Positions 48,922-63,509 of a stretch of DNA of 64,000 bases are shown here, in pieces. The notes beneath the pieces were generated by a model, which was not told the DNA's origin, made no database searches, and saw only the letters and a list, made by a program, of their open reading frames with translations. The DNA is from Haliotis rubra (lineage: Eukaryota). Where the stretch lies: positions 62,001 to 126,000 of the forward strand of contig NW_025765111.1 in the NCBI RefSeq assembly GCF_003918875.1. Reading direction: 5' to 3'. How positions within the stretch are numbered: position 1 is the stretch's first letter; each line of letters opens with the position of its first letter. The position numbers were made by a program, and so were the translations under genes.

Positions 48922-51900
48922 CAAGCAGTCGAGCCTGAGACCGATGTGGTAAAAACTCCTTCTAAACACATGTGGGTGCTTGGTATCTAACTCCCGATCA
49001 TTGATTGCTGGGCCTAAAAACTGAATAGCTGTTGGTGGCTGAAATTTACTTAAATGTTTAAACAGAGAGTCACTTTAATGCTGTCAAAATACGTTTGAAA
49101 CAATACCTACAACAGTGTTACACGAAATATATTTTCAGGAAATTAAATCTACGTTTACCGCAACCCTTGTCACATTGCCATCTAACTGCTTTAGAGTCAG
49201 TGAAATCTGTGAAGATCCGGGTTAGAACTGAACACATGTTTGTCTGTTCCTGGAGTTCAAGACGACAAACAGGATCGCATGGTTAGGCTCGCTAACTTGG
49301 TCGTCGGTTCATGTCATTGCATCATAAATGCCAATGTCGAGGATCATGATGTCAGTCACCGGATTGTTTGACCCGAACGAACAAACAATAGGTGGAAACG
49401 TGACAAGTGGCGTTATAATACACCGTATTCAACACGGTCGTTTTCATGCACGCTATTTTCACACATAACAGATGGATGAGGATGCGACAATGAGTGATAG
49501 TCTGTACTTAAAATCTGAGGTTTCGATGTCATTAGTTTTAATGCGAGAAACTGAAAACGTTACGTTGTCGCTCTTTTGAACGAAAGTCTAAAGAAGTCAC
49601 GTACATGCATGTAGTACAAATTATTTCAAAATTTCTTATTGTTTCTTTTCTTTCTAAAACCTGAAACTTAATTGAAAAGCAACCGAAGTAACGAGAAAAT
49701 ACTCCAAATTCAAGAAAATATTTTGATTAACGAGAAAATAATGAAAACAACAAAACATAATCGAAGCGACGAGAAAATAATCGAGGCAACGAGAAATGTC
49801 GATTAAAAAATATATTCAATAGCGGTGTTCGCTGGCTTAATTGCGAATCTAAGGGGAGATAACCAACCCCCCCCCTCCCTTTAAACAATTCTAAAACGGG
49901 TATGTACGACGTAATTCAACTGAACAAAAATATAACAGTTTGTTCAGTGTTGGACGAATATAGGCCTTTAAAGGCCAAGGTCGCCCTCAAACCTTATCTA
50001 CCTACCTACCTACCCCAAACAATTCACTGCATAAATTTATTTCCTCCTATATTCCTCCAGGACATATAAAGCGAAATATCATCGCCACAATAAAGTGGTC
50101 AAATATATTGCTGAGTTCATCTCACTACGGACTATTTTTTTCCTAGAAATTTCTAAATGCTATGTTGAAATTTTAACATAATACTAATGACATTTCAAAA
50201 TAAGAGCTTGAGGACACTAAGCTAATTTCTAAATATGCTTCACGTATCATAAACACAGAGAATAGTAATGACATGCTACAAATGTCATTCGTCATGACAA
50301 TATCATTATGTCGTTTACAAGGAATTCAACATTTTCAGAAATAAGTTTTATTTTTATATTTGTTTATTAATTGGTCATATGTGGGGGAAGGTGCTCTGTA
50401 TTTCAACCTACGGAATTAATTTTTTTATCATACATTGCACTTTCGAACTGGTCCCTAAGGTTTGTCAACCCTGGACGCTGTTAATGTGTAATGCATTGAG
50501 TCTGTTATGCCACATTCACTATGTGCATGTTTCTCCAGTATAATGCTCATAAGACCCGTTTACCTCAGGTGTTATAGCATCTCCTGACTGTCAGGGGCCA
50601 CATTATCAATCATCCGTCTCAGACAGGTAAGCTTCATTCTAGACCAATCAAATGTCGCCGCTCTCTACGCATGCTGCGTTTAAGCGAACAGTTTCCTTTC
50701 CCATACTCAAGAACATGCTGATATTGAACCACCAGGAACAACAACGACCGCCTTATTATGCCATTCTTGGGGTATGGCTATATAAAGACATAATCCCAGT
50801 TCAACGACGGAAAGATATTATGATATTTGAGTGATACCGTTACAGTGAGATTGCATGATTGTATCGCCGAAACGCAGCCTTGTTCTAATATTCAGATCAG
50901 AAGTCGCACATTGAGGTGGAATGCGCGCCATTGTTGTTTGTGGAAAATGCTTTAAAGGGATTTGAAAGGTAAGTTATTACTTGAAGAAAGTGGCAAACAA
51001 ACTCAACATCCTGTTTTATTCATAATATCTGCAACATTACAACTATCAACCTTTGGCGGAGTCTGCATTTTGGGTATTGTGCGTAACAGGTCAAATGTAT
51101 GCTTGTCGACTGAATTTTGTTTGAAATATCATAAACTAATGATTATGCGGTATGTGGTTAATTGTAATCACATTTTCATGATTGTGGCTTATATTTTAAT
51201 GTCATATTTATATACTCAAAGCTATATTTTCAACTGGACAGATTGTAGGTCAACGGCGCTGCCCGAATTAATCTACTAGTATGACAAAGTGACGAATACT
51301 ATTTACACAATATGGGGCATTGTTCTTGCTAATTGTGGGAAAAAAACAAATTAACATTATCAAGTTTGCAGTACATTGATGAAGAATGATCCCTGATACC
51401 GAAAGGCAGAAACTGATTTTCGCCATAAATTTATACACGACACTATACTTTACACAGAACACTGAATATGAGACAAAGGGCTTAGAAGAATAATTTAGAA
51501 AATAATAAATCTATTTATCTTATTAATCTCGTATATTTCCGCCTCACATCAAGTTTTTGTTTGAATATTCGACTTTGAGTTTTCATATGTTTTGTTTAGA
51601 AACTTTTTCCTACACATAGTTTTAACTGAAATTCAAATGTCCTTAAATCTTACCTCTCAAATATTGTTCTGTTCTTTTCACATAACGAATGTCCTGGCAA
51701 ACGTGAACAATCACAGGAGGAAAATATTTCTGTTGTGGAACACTGACTAAACTAAACATAAACATATCACACAATCCATCCCACCCCAAACTCAGAATAT
51801 TACTCAGTTATTGCATTTCGTGAATGAATATTAAATGCTCATTAAATCAGTGCAGGTAATCTGAATTCCAAAGATTCCAACGTATCAAACAATTAGAATC

Positions 51901-52199
51901 CTCGCGTTAGGAAACGAGATGTAATTTCTGTCCACTTCCCATCTGTCTTGACTGACCATTACTCAGTTGTATATGTAATACGCAAGTCACATTTCGGCCT
52001 TGTTCTCAAGTCGTTCATCAGATGCTCCCTCGACGCTGTCCTTCGAACACGGAAGTGTAGAAAATTGTTTCATTTCAGATGTCAAGATCAATGAGATTTA
52101 TCTTGTATACTCAACTGCTTTTGATACCAATTCTAGTCAAGGAATCATTCCAACAAATCCATGTTTTTGGTGAGTATAATATGATTTGATATATAAAGT

Positions 52200-52353
52200 N
52201 NNNNNNNNNNNNNNNNNNNNNNNNNNNNNNNNNNNNNNNNNNNNNNNNNNNNNNNNNNNNNNNNNNNNNNNNNNNNNNNNNNNNNNNNNNNNNNNNNNNN
52301 NNNNNNNNNNNNNNNNNNNNNNNNNNNNNNNNNNNNNNNNNNNNNNNNNNNNN
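52200..52353. other. Assembly gap (154 N)
   Basis: Run of N. Confidence 1.
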
Positions 52354-52720
52354 ATATTATTATGTACGATTTAGATATTATATAAAATATATGTATACAT
52401 ATTGTAATGTTAATGTCATCAAATGCTGTAGAATTATATAAATAGCATAAAACAACGACCGTTTGACGTTGACATTATTAAGTCTTTATCTCAAAAACCG
52501 CCTGATTTTTTAACTGTATTTCCTGTTCTATTTATATGTCTCACCACTTAAATGTCTTCCTCGTTTACCTATTCCCAGTTTTTGTACAACCCACTTACAT
52601 AACGGATTCATCACAGGAGCATGTTGAATGCCGCAGGCAATATCCTGTCAGACGCTATATCATACATAATGTCTTTATACGAAACCCACTCTTACAGCTG
52701 ACTTTTAACCTTTGACACAG

Positions 52721-52815
52721 ATTGTCCGTCCGACTGGGTCAGTTCCTGGTCGGAGTGCTATAAGTTTGTCAGCTTTCCCGAGGAATCACACGAGAATGCG
52801 CGAGCTGCATGCGCA
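52721..52815 (+). CDS. Cont: Contactin exon: CTLD start (CPSDWVSSWSECYKFVSFPEESHENARAACA)
   Basis: CPxxW...CY...A...C motif. Confidence 0.88.
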
Positions 52816-55800
52816 GTAAGTTGAAATAACTACAAATATGCAATAAAATGTTGAAATTAAAAATAAACAAAGATTTAGATAAAGGACAAAATATTACAGC
52901 ATGGATTCGGTCACAAACCCAGCTCAGAGCAATTATTCTTCTGCTTAAATTGTGTTAGGTCTTTGTTTAAATGCGTCTTGGTAATATATGTATTCACCGC
53001 ATTAAGTTATTGTTGTTAGAAAATGTAGAACCACTTACATTTAATTAATGTAAGTGTCAGGTGCTACACATGCTTACCCTTAGCCAGGAATAGAACATGC
53101 TTACCCTTCTGTGAACACCTGGTGTCATCACTGATTTTCTGTGATCAGGTTAAACGCTTTTCATCTCTATATAATCTTTTTACGGTCAATGGAATTATCT
53201 GTTTTGCCGGTAATCGAGACTTGTTATTCTCTTGCGTTGACGTGTTATACTTATGGAACAATTATTCATATAAACAATTTTAAGAAAAGTAAAAGGGCAT
53301 CACCGAATAAATTTCGTTATTTTAAACCGGGCTGTGTCTCCATAAATAAAGGTCTCTCCAAAACCTTCTATGCTAAAGAAGTTTATTCTAAGGGAGATGG
53401 AGTGTTTATGTATTTTCTCGACTGTGTAATGGTGAGTGTTGTCGAAGTCATAAACCGGTCCGATAAAAGGATATCAGGACCCTGGTTACAATATCCGATA
53501 AATATGCAAAAAATCAGATACTCTGGGTGAAAATACGTCAATTCTTACGATTATCTTACGAAGGACATTATTTGATAAAGTGATTGTTAGCCGCGTGTGC
53601 TATCGAAAACATGATATAGGTAAATATATATATATAAGTAAGAACAAATCATAATGTTGTTACGCTAAGTACAATGCCTATTCCTAAAATGTGATATTGA
53701 AGCTACGGAAACCCGCACGGGTAATAATCTTTATGTCATTGATCTCAACAGTATCACGGAGCGGCCTTGCTAAGCGTGGACAGCAGCCAGGAACATAACT
53801 TCATCAGTGATATGATACAGAGGCTGGATCCCTACCAGTAAGTATGAAGGATACCAATTAGATCTAAGTTAGATTGAGTCTTCAGCAACGCACATGGGTC
53901 GTAAGAGGCGACTATCAGCTGGCCCTGTACATGCAGTCGCAGCCCAATTGCGTAGACCGCTGCTCGGGATATCGATCACTGGATGGTCCTGGGAGACTCG
54001 ACCGTCATTTAGTTGCATTGTTGCTGAGTGTGTCGTCAAACAACAAACAAACAGGCATTAGGTTGGTGACCAGTCAACGTGAAATCACACTGCATATATT
54101 GTCAATCTGTCTTCAGTGGTTCATTTGTATTATAGTTTATTTTATCAAAGTTCAAATATTTACATATTTGTCTAATAATACACCATAGTTGGTAAAGGCC
54201 GTGGAACTCATATAAAGGATCATATAATTTTAGAAAAATGAATGAAATTTTATCATATGTATTTTTTTTACAGAAATGGGGAAAATAAATATTATGAAAC
54301 CAGTAACTATTGAAGGCATTAAGATTTTAATGAGAGTAATTGTAGGACATTAGGTGTTGATATGGGCACATTGTTTGATTGCACTTTGACACCAGTTTCT
54401 TCATCCCTCATCTTTCATCCTTCATCCTTCATCCGTGTGATGCAGGCGGTCATGGTACACAAGCGGGGTACAGAAGTCTCAGGCAACTGGCACAACGACT
54501 ATGTCCAGCCAAGCCTCGTTTGTGTCTGGTCAAGGGTCACTTCAATCCCCATCCGGGTCACAGGGTCAAGATGATGACATCAATTCAGCCTCCAATTCCC
54601 AGTCTGAGTCTGAATCGATGATCGGTTCTTACAAGTGGCTGGGTGACGGAACGGTCGTTGGATTTGACAAGCAGTTCTGGCTTCCGGGTACAGACTTCAC
54701 CAAAGGGGAAGTCATTGTGTATACATATGGGGGTAGGTACTGTTCATTCGGTTTGAATAAACACGTTTTCAGATGTTTTGAGGCTTAAATTTGTTTGGGA
54801 AAAGCGTTGGTACGGCATAATGGATGGATTTCAATCAGTGTCATTTAAAAAATCGTCCATCATTAGAAGTAACACTTTTCTTTGTATTTTTATTGGTTTT
54901 GCATAAGAGGCGAGTGAAAGGGAAATATTTTGTAGGAACCTTAATGAAATGAGGGCCAAATATTGCATGAACGCAATCCAAGTATATCGCCGTGATATTG
55001 CAGGAATATTGCTAAAAGTGGCGTAAACCATACTCACTCACTCATTCATAATAAACAACTTTAATGTTTGTTTTACAGTGATCGGCTATGGATGGAGTCT
55101 GGTGCACCCGGGGGACAAACTGCCTTACATCTGTGAGATTAGCATGGCGGAGTCGTACCGCATCGTGCACATCGAACGGGACTACGGTAAACCTCCTTCA
55201 CTGTTTCTGTAAACATACACACAAAGTAATTGTTCTGGTTCTACTTTGCTGTCTCAGCGTCATACTCTCCGTTAACCCGATAACCAAATGGGGATTCCAG
55301 GGAACTAAAGCTTGTTGAATGGTCCATTTACTCCAGTTACTCGAATACTATCAGTAGTCACTCGTCCCATCAGGTAGACAAAAGAGTCCGGATTAACAGG
55401 GTTCCCACCCATGTCTAAACTGAACTATCCATACCTGGACAGTAGCATGGATGTATGACAACAATCAAATTGGGCATAGATGGGAAGTTCTTAATTAAAG
55501 TCATTAATTTGATTTAATTTGTGACATCAACATGACGTCTACCAGTAAAGGAATATTCATTATGAATTATCATTTGTTTGTTGTTATTTTCCGATGTTAT
55601 GGTTATATTCAGCATGTCTGCAAATGGATAACAGATAGACCCCTTTGACATAGCAGTGCATAGCGCTAAAGGGTTCTCAGACCAAACATCCAAAAGACTA
55701 AAGTGGTTGTAGTAAAAAGGTCAAATTGTACCTTAAAACATATGATTGTTTTTTATATAAATTTGATGTTGTTGGGATTGTGTTTCAGTTTACGTATCTA

Positions 55801-58800
55801 GTGGTATTATTCTCGGCCAATGGTAATTTGACGAATACACTAATGTATCTGAAGTAGCTATATTTGCGAGATATACAACATCTTTAGAATTATTTCACCC
55901 TCGTGATATTTTTTTCTGTGTGATAAGTTTTTTGTTGTTGAAAAGAATATCACTCAAAAACTCGACTGAACTTGGATGTAAATGTTTTACTTTTGATGCA
56001 CACTTTCTGGAATGTGATTATTACGCATTAAGTGCGGATCTTTGTTTAACTATTTAGTGCCAGTCACTACAGAATGTGGATTTAAACAAACAGAAATCAA
56101 TGTCCTTTTGTGTTTGCCACAGAACCCAACAGTTAGGTTATGACTAGGGGATTGTCAAGCAATCAGCTATTTACAGTGTTACTTGCACCTGCCTAACTGA
56201 TGGGGCATCGAACTAGTGGGAAGACACCGTATCCGCTCCTTCACATGAAATTCTCAGAACCTGTGACTATTGTGTGTTTACGTGCACCGATGGCGTGGCT
56301 CAGTGTTTGTATCTCAGTTATGATTCGCCTAGTCTTGACTTTAGGCTTGCTGGCCATCTCGTAAAAGCCTTGATATTACAGACTGCACGGATAGCCTGCA
56401 TTCACCCTCCTCTCTCATTTTGCCAGGTTCTTTGTTTAAAGCATTTCGTTTACCTATTCAGTGAACAACCCTGTGCACGTAAAAGAACCCACGAATCCGT
56501 TGGTAAATGACCAGATGGTGGTCATCTGTTGCAAACACCTAGTTGCGGGTACAGCAACGTGCAGTAAACTTGGACAAAGTACTGTGACTATGTGCCCCAG
56601 TCCACCCAGCTGTGAATGGGTACCTCGTAAGGATAGTGGCCTAGTGGCTGCAAAAATTGTATGCTCACCAGGGAGTTGAGATTGAGAATACGATGTGCCG
56701 TTTGAGATTGACATCAAGGGAAAAACAAAGCGCCTTTGAGCAGCTGAGCTGGATATTGGCGCTATACAAATACTAGCATAATAATATTCACCCACGCCAG
56801 CTGGTGCATAGGTTGCCAGCTCTATTCACTGTCATACACCCTCTGTCACAACAGAGGAGCGCCCAATTGCCACATAACTCGTTGTCCACTCGACTGAAAT
56901 GATTCTGTCATCAAAAATGGTTGAAAAGATTGTCCTTAATTATTGCCAAACAATTTATTCGTAAAGAATTGCCCAGCTTGTCTTTGCAGAGACAAGTTCG
57001 AGGTTACAGTAACTGTTACGGGCTGAGTACCAATGCTCCCCCAACCTTCTGTTGAATATTTAATGGTCATCACTTAATGTGCATCGCCTCAGAGTTACCT
57101 TGTATCCTTATACGCTGCTCTCAGAAATATCATTGTGCTTTCAATAGTTGTTTGCTTGCCACAGCTATATAGGGTACCTACATGTACTTTTTCAATTGCC
57201 CTTTGCGTTCTTGAAATCCCCCCTTTGTCAACTCTTACAAATATGATTTAAGAGATATTGTGCATGAAATCATGATTATACACCGCAAGGTGTATTATCA
57301 TCATCGTTATAATTTTTAAATTGCACAAACTGACTGCATGTGTCATGACCTTGACCTCATTTCCAGATTATGGCATTAAGACATACGACCCGAACGAGTT
57401 GCTTCGAGGCCCAGCGTTTGTTACCCAGCCCGAGAGTTTGGTAGTGGTCGGCAAGTCAATCAATGCAGTTATTGAATGCACAGCCACTGGAAACCCCCGA
57501 CCTCAATACAAATGGTTCACCGGACCGAATTTTGAAACGGAAGTGACACCTGAAGTTAGTTCGCGGTACACATTAACCAATGGGAAGCTAATCCTTGAAA
57601 ACCCAAACGAAAGCGAGGACGCTGATCTATACAGGTGCTCGGTAGAAAACAAGTTCGGCAAGATCCTGGGAAACCCCATCCAGATCTCATTTGGAAGTAA
57701 GTGCTCTTCCTTTCACAACGAGTTAGTCCCAGTGCAAAAACGGTTATTACGTGAAATAAATTAGTGATATGTCATTGATTCTGTTGACTTTGTGTACACC
57801 AGAAACGTTGCTGTTGCATTACAAACGATCTTGCATGACGTCGTTCCAACAGGAACAACAAAACTTGAACTTGTGACCATAAAACCATTATCTATTTTTA
57901 AAGTACATATTCTAACAAATGCATCATGCATTGAAGAACCTATTAATCATATTGGAGGTAGTAGTTTGGATTCAATATGTCTGACTCACTATCAGAAACA
58001 TCCGATAATCCCGAGGGTATACGTTCCGTACTAAAATTATCGGGCCGAGCCGTAGATGCATCAGGGTACTAGTGGCGATTTATCGGAACGTATACCTTGG
58101 AGATTATCGAGGATGTATCAGAAATCGATAAAAATCATAATTTCTACCATGTGAATACCATTGTTCGGCAGTCTATTGTGTAGGGTTGCGTCCTTTATAC
58201 GTAACAGGATCCGGTGCACATGGATGCGAATGTAAGATTCACCTGATATCATTCCTTGTTTGTCAGCTACATACAATGCCTTTGTTCATTTCACCTGCAT
58301 CATTTATGGTTTTCCTAACACATCACTCCGACGTCTTGTGGTGCATTGACAAACGGTTCAGAGACGCGATAAACCCAACGTTTTCAGCGTCAATGTTTAA
58401 TGGAGGTTGATGTGATTATACTCAATTGTGTTTTAAGATCTTGGGGAGTTCTCCAACGTCCCAGACGCTGCCGTCCGCGCCAAGGCCTATGATGGAGTAG
58501 CCATACAGTGTAGTCGGATCTCCTACAGGCCAGGTGAGTTGCTTAAATAAGCGAGGTGACGAATTGGTCTTCAACATCAGGTCAACATCTGTTATTTACC
58601 GACCGTGTCATACAGCGGCTTGAAACAACGAACAAATAGTGTATGTACTGCTTTAAACCAAGCAAAAACAGTCTCACCTTAACATAGATACCTACCTGAG
58701 TGACATCAGCAGTGGGGAGTAAGGATGGGCTAGGGGTTTGGTAGGGTATCTATATTTTTGGGAAATGCAACTTAAACATATCCTTGAAAGAAGCATACAA

Positions 58801-61800
58801 AGCCTTGTGTTGAGGAGTGTGGCCAAAGGTATATGGTACTGTAACTTTACTGTAATTCAAAATCATATAAACATTTCTAGATCAAACTTGTCTTCTACTT
58901 GAAACTTTAATTTCTTTTAAATCTTCTACTGTTATTCAAATTTTGTGAATGGTGGGGAGTGTGTGTGTGTGTGTGTGTGTGCTATCTGTAGGGCAAGATA
59001 TCCTTACCCTTTCCGCGAACACCTGTGTCATCCTTCATTTTAAGTGGTTTAAACATATTTATTCATTTACTCATGATGGGATTGGCATTTTCATTTTAAG
59101 TGATCCAGTCATATAATTTTCAAAACTATTTTCCCTTTACGCCACAACGAATTGTTCCTGAGTATAGTCAAGACTGCCGCTCTTCATTATTTCCATGACA
59201 ACCAGAGATCGATATTTTAATCTTTAAACCTACTTCTGAATTATGCCACTCCAGTGGTCAGTGAATATTTTGCATTAATAGTAATCGATCAAAGTTTCTT
59301 ATAACTGCTCATAAGTTTAAGTTTAGGGATACACAAATATGTTTTTAAATAAGGCTATGGTAATCTGAATATGTGAATAAACCACAAATAATAAATAAAT
59401 TAAATGATGATATACTGTATTAAAATAATTAAAATAACATTTATTTATCATGAATAAATAATCGCTATATTGGTTGTGTTGCAGCTGTGAAATACCAGTG
59501 GTTGAAAGGAGACACGAGGACGTTCGTGAGACCGCAGATGCAGCCATACATCTTCATCTCAGCCAATGGGAAGCTGTATTTCTCCGAGGTGACTCGGATT
59601 GATGAAGGAGAATACCGGTGTATTGCTATCTTGACTGGGCGCAACAGGCATTCTATAGGCACGTCGCAACCGCCAACCAGAACCAGTTTGCCCATCCCAC
59701 TTCTAGTACATGACCAAGGTAAGACGGAGTCCTAGTAATACCACACATGTATAAATTCACGCGCATTTATATCAGATATTTACCGACGCATACGGTACCT
59801 CTTTGTCACGATGTGACAGCCCACCACGACGGGAGCAAACACTTCCTGATCAATTAGATTATGAAAACATGGGGTTTAAACCAATCAGGGCTGTAGGGCT
59901 GCTCTTCTCAACGGGGTGCCCCCGGTTTCCCAACATTTCTTAAAACAACAAAATCAGCCAGGCATAGACCAATAGACGGATTAGTATGGGCAACCTCGAG
60001 GTTGGGGTGTCAGGTTGGACTGCTTAATTAGTGTCTAACTGAAATATGTTCACCATGCTTGATGGGGGTGTCAGATACGTTGGAGTGCTTAAACTGAAAT
60101 GTGTTCACCAAACTTGACGTATATCTATCAAATATATTTTAGAAGGTATTAGTTTACAAGAAAGCTTAGCAACACAGCTTTATGCAAATCACGAAAAACA
60201 ATTATTCTCAAATGCACTCATATTTAGGTGAAATGCATCTTTTTTAGAAGAGTTAAATAGTCCTATTTTCTTGTTCATTCTTACTTGAAAACGATACAAG
60301 AACCTGTATCGAAACGTCGTGCTCTAGAATAAAAGAAGTTGTCATCCATATATACCTGTTCTATCTGACTTGCAACTTCTATCATGCCACTCAAAGAAGT
60401 AGTCCTATTTTCGACCATGTCGAAATAAACCAATAAAAGTGATTTAGATGTCCAAAAGAAAGGTTGAAATATAATTATGGGATATGTTTGATGTGATTGA
60501 TGTTGAATGATGATGTCAGAGATGTAATAAACAACCACTTAACAGTCCACTCCATTTTGTTATGTTTAAGTCACCTTTCCAACCTGTCACCCCTAAAATG
60601 AAAGTGAGTGTGTCACAACGTTCTTAATCCTCTAATCCTCTGTTTACTTAAGTTTCCAAAGGTTGGAATCCGGGAGTACACCTTCTCAACATACTGCACA
60701 TAAGCTCGATGTATACTCCCCAGGGAGTTGAGATTGATAATACGATGTGCCATTGAGATTGACATCCAATGATCGAGGGGAAAATATCAGCGCCTTGAGC
60801 AAGCACTAGTTGCCTGGATATGTGCGCTATATAAGTATCATATAATAATAATAATAATAGTTGCCCTGGGTCTAGAGAAACATTCTCTTGACAACGGAGC
60901 CTGTGCTGATGTGACACGCCACATCGTTTGCTTGACTCTACTTTGTGTACCATACAGAAGTACAGAACCATCAACAAATCAACATTGTGGATATTTTCTA
61001 CATCCCTGGCTCGTTAGGAAAACCATGGGAAGCCTTGTTCTCATCATGAGCCTTTACACGCTTCACGGGAGGATTATCAGACAAATATATTTATGCGAGA
61101 CTGGGCAATCAAATTCTGCCAGGAAGAACTCCTACGTTAATCAAACCACATTTTCCCATTATAGTGGGTGAAAAGAAGCTATTTAGAGACGTCGAGGGGT
61201 TTGGTCTACTGTCTGATTAATGTTGTTGACAATGATTTTGTTTAATATTAATGTTTTATATTGAAGAATTTACATGATTGAGTAGTAACCGTTTCTGTTG
61301 ATATAACGGACTAGTTTGTACACACACCAATCTGTCAGTGACATCCTCAAGCTTTCTTTGTAGCAATGGTACGCTTCATATATCATGGTCTGAAGCTGTG
61401 ATATATTGAATCTGAGTTTGTGTATGAGAGCATCAGGTTTGCATAAAATGTATACTTACATTGCATTATTGTGGAAAAGGACTTAATGGTAACACATTAG
61501 ACAGACGCTCTATTGTCTAACATCCACAGCGGCCAAAGCTGACTGGGGACCAGAGATCCAGAACGATTTCATCGCAGTGTTTCCTCAACCGCCTTTAAGA
61601 AGCCAGGATGTCAGACTCGAATGTTTCGCATACGGATCGTAAGTATCTACACCTTGCTGGTTTCATTAACTTTGGAATAAATTAATTAAAGGTAATATGA
61701 GCCAGGGTGTTGTTCCTAAATCAACACACGTTCGAGATTCAGGGTAAAAATGGGTTCCCAGGTTTGATTTAGGTTAGAGCAACCTAAAATGGGGTGGATG

Positions 61801-63211
61801 GGTAGCCCCTCTGTTCTTCTGCTATTTGGTTGATTACGTTCCATGTATCCCGACAGCTTATGATGTTTCACTCACTGGGTCGCCAGACTCAATCTTCAGC
61901 AAAATATAGCTTGAAAACTGCCTCCGATAAACAACATTCACTTTATCATAATTTTTCTGATTGAAGACTACCATTCTATAGAGGTTGATAGGCCATCTAT
62001 CCTGACAGCTGAAGGGCGGTGTTTGATCCCCGCTTCATACTGCATTGAAAAGAAGTACTAAATGGAATTGCTACACTGTCTGGAGCTGGCTATCAAGGAA
62101 TAGACCAAGAACTCATCCCCTCGGAGTCCCTTTGTCCGACTATAGAATCCGTGTTATCTAAGTAAACTAGTACAATAGAGGGCCAGTCCAGACTATTACA
62201 AGCTGCCCTAAAAACACCCTTGCACGTCGCTGTATGAAATATTGCTATACCCCATTTCACCTCACTTCTTATTGAAGTGCTATGAGGACCATTACTGGTT
62301 TGGGAACCTGAAGAAATTTATTAAACCAAATCAAAACTTTAATTCCTGACTGCTACAATGCAACCGATTATAGACACGAGACTCAACCGATGCAGCATCA
62401 CTCATCATTTCCGCAGTCTCCAGACTGTTGTGACTTTAATTCTTTAGATCCAATCTAAAAACACACATGTTCAAGATAGCCTTTGAACTGTAGCTCTTTA
62501 CCATTAATCTCATCTTTATCTTGTGGGCTTTGAGCATGCTTTAGCATAACAAATATATGCTATTATAATGATTGCGTGTTTATGTTGCCATTCTGGTATA
62601 GTTGATAGTCTCTCGTACAGACCCTGAAGCAAATATATCCAAGAAAGCCCACACAAGTCTAGAAAATGTGGCAAGTCTAGATTTCCTCAGCTTCTGAAAA
62701 TGAAGAAGGTCTCAGGGCTCCTTTTCATTATATTTTATATTTTTTTTTACTATGAACCTTTTTCAGTAAAATATGTTCATTTCAGAGACTAGTTGTTAGT
62801 CTAGTATAGTTGATTGGATCTGTACAATTTGAACCTTTAACTGTTCATTCATAAGGAGAACAATTCAATTTCGACCGTCGAGTGTCGAATACTTCGAATC
62901 CCAATGGCGTTCATTGACCATGCATGTTCAAGGAAGGCTGATAATGTAGGGACCGATAATGCATATTCATGCTGTGTAATGTTAAATTCTGCTGCAAGAT
63001 TAACGTTCCTCCTATTCCAGATCAACCACTCAGTTTCTGTACCAGTGGCACAGGTCAGGGCGACCCATACCCCGGTCAGCCAAGCTGCTTGACCACAACC
63101 GTGCGTTGGTGATAGAGGACGCCCAGCTTGAGGACAGTGGAAACTACACCTGTACCGTCAGTAGGGGCACTTCGGCCAGAGACAGCAAGTCGTACTACCT
63201 GGATATAGCAG
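52721..63211 (+). CDS. Cont: Contactin, invertebrate type (C-type lectin + Ig1-Ig3 in window); 5' end unresolved, continues past the window
   Basis: Exons 52721-52815, 53752-53837, 54446-54732, 55079-55186, 57367-57696, 58438-58533, 59485-59718, 61530-61638, 63021-63211, all GT-AG and phase-compatible. CTLD followed by RGPxFxxQP-Ig, FISANGKLYFSEV and VRLECFAYG matches the Drosophila-type contactin architecture. Confidence 0.9.
53752..53837 (+). CDS. Cont: Contactin exon: CTLD (YHGAALLSVDSSQEHNFISDMIQRLDPY)
   Basis: LxSxxSxxExxF motif. Confidence 0.88.
54446..54732 (+). CDS. Cont: Contactin exon: CTLD with a Ser/Gln-rich insert
   Basis: WYTSG...YKWLGDG...FWLPG...VIVYTYG, phase 2-1. Confidence 0.85.
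55079..55186 (+). CDS. Cont: Contactin exon: CTLD end (GYGWSLVHPGDKLPYICEI...ERDY)
   Basis: W...LPYICE motif. Confidence 0.88.
56490..56790 (+). mobile_element. SINE family D (CORE-like centre, L2-like tail); partial second copy at ~60712-60860
   Basis: ccagtccacccagctgtgaatgggtacct centre; aaagcgcctttgag...gcgctata...(AAT)n tail shared by both copies. Confidence 0.7.
57367..57696 (+). CDS. Cont: Contactin exon: Ig1
   Basis: RGPAFVTQP...ECTATGNPRPQYKW...RYTLTNGKL...DADLYRC. Confidence 0.93.
58438..58533 (+). CDS. Cont: Contactin exon: Ig2 start
   Basis: LGEFSNV...GVAIQC, phase 1-1. Confidence 0.88.
59485..59718 (+). CDS. Cont: Contactin exon: Ig2
   Basis: YQWLK...FISANGKLYFSEVTRIDEGEYRC. 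Confidence 0.93.
61530..61638 (+). CDS. Cont: Contactin exon: Ig3 start
   Basis: PEIQNDFIAVFPQPPLRSQDVRLECFAYG. Confidence 0.9.
63021..63211 (+). CDS. Cont: Contactin exon: Ig3
   Basis: YQWHR...DHNRALVIEDAQLEDSGNYTC. Confidence 0.92.
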
Positions 63212-63509
63212 GTGAGAATATGCAGATCAAGAACAGGCTGCCGTGGGGGAGAGACTAGTGCTTTTACCTAGAGCTAGGGGTAGTAAGGCTTGGGAGTATA
63301 CGTCATTGTGTAAAATCTACATTTGTAAAAAAAAATCATTCTAAACACGAGCGACCAAATCACAAAATCTACCTTTGCTTTTGCAAATAGAGGTTCTCGT
63401 AAACCTGACCATATTAATATTACTTTCGACTGTATATTACGTTCGCATTACATTCGGGCGTTTGCTAGCTGATGACGTCATCAAGTCTGTTGCTCAATCA
63501 CCCGCGAAT

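Noticed and set aside
53141-53530. 129-aa ORF in a contactin intron
   Set aside because: No recognisable motifs or supporting splice signals; the flanking contactin exons join without it.
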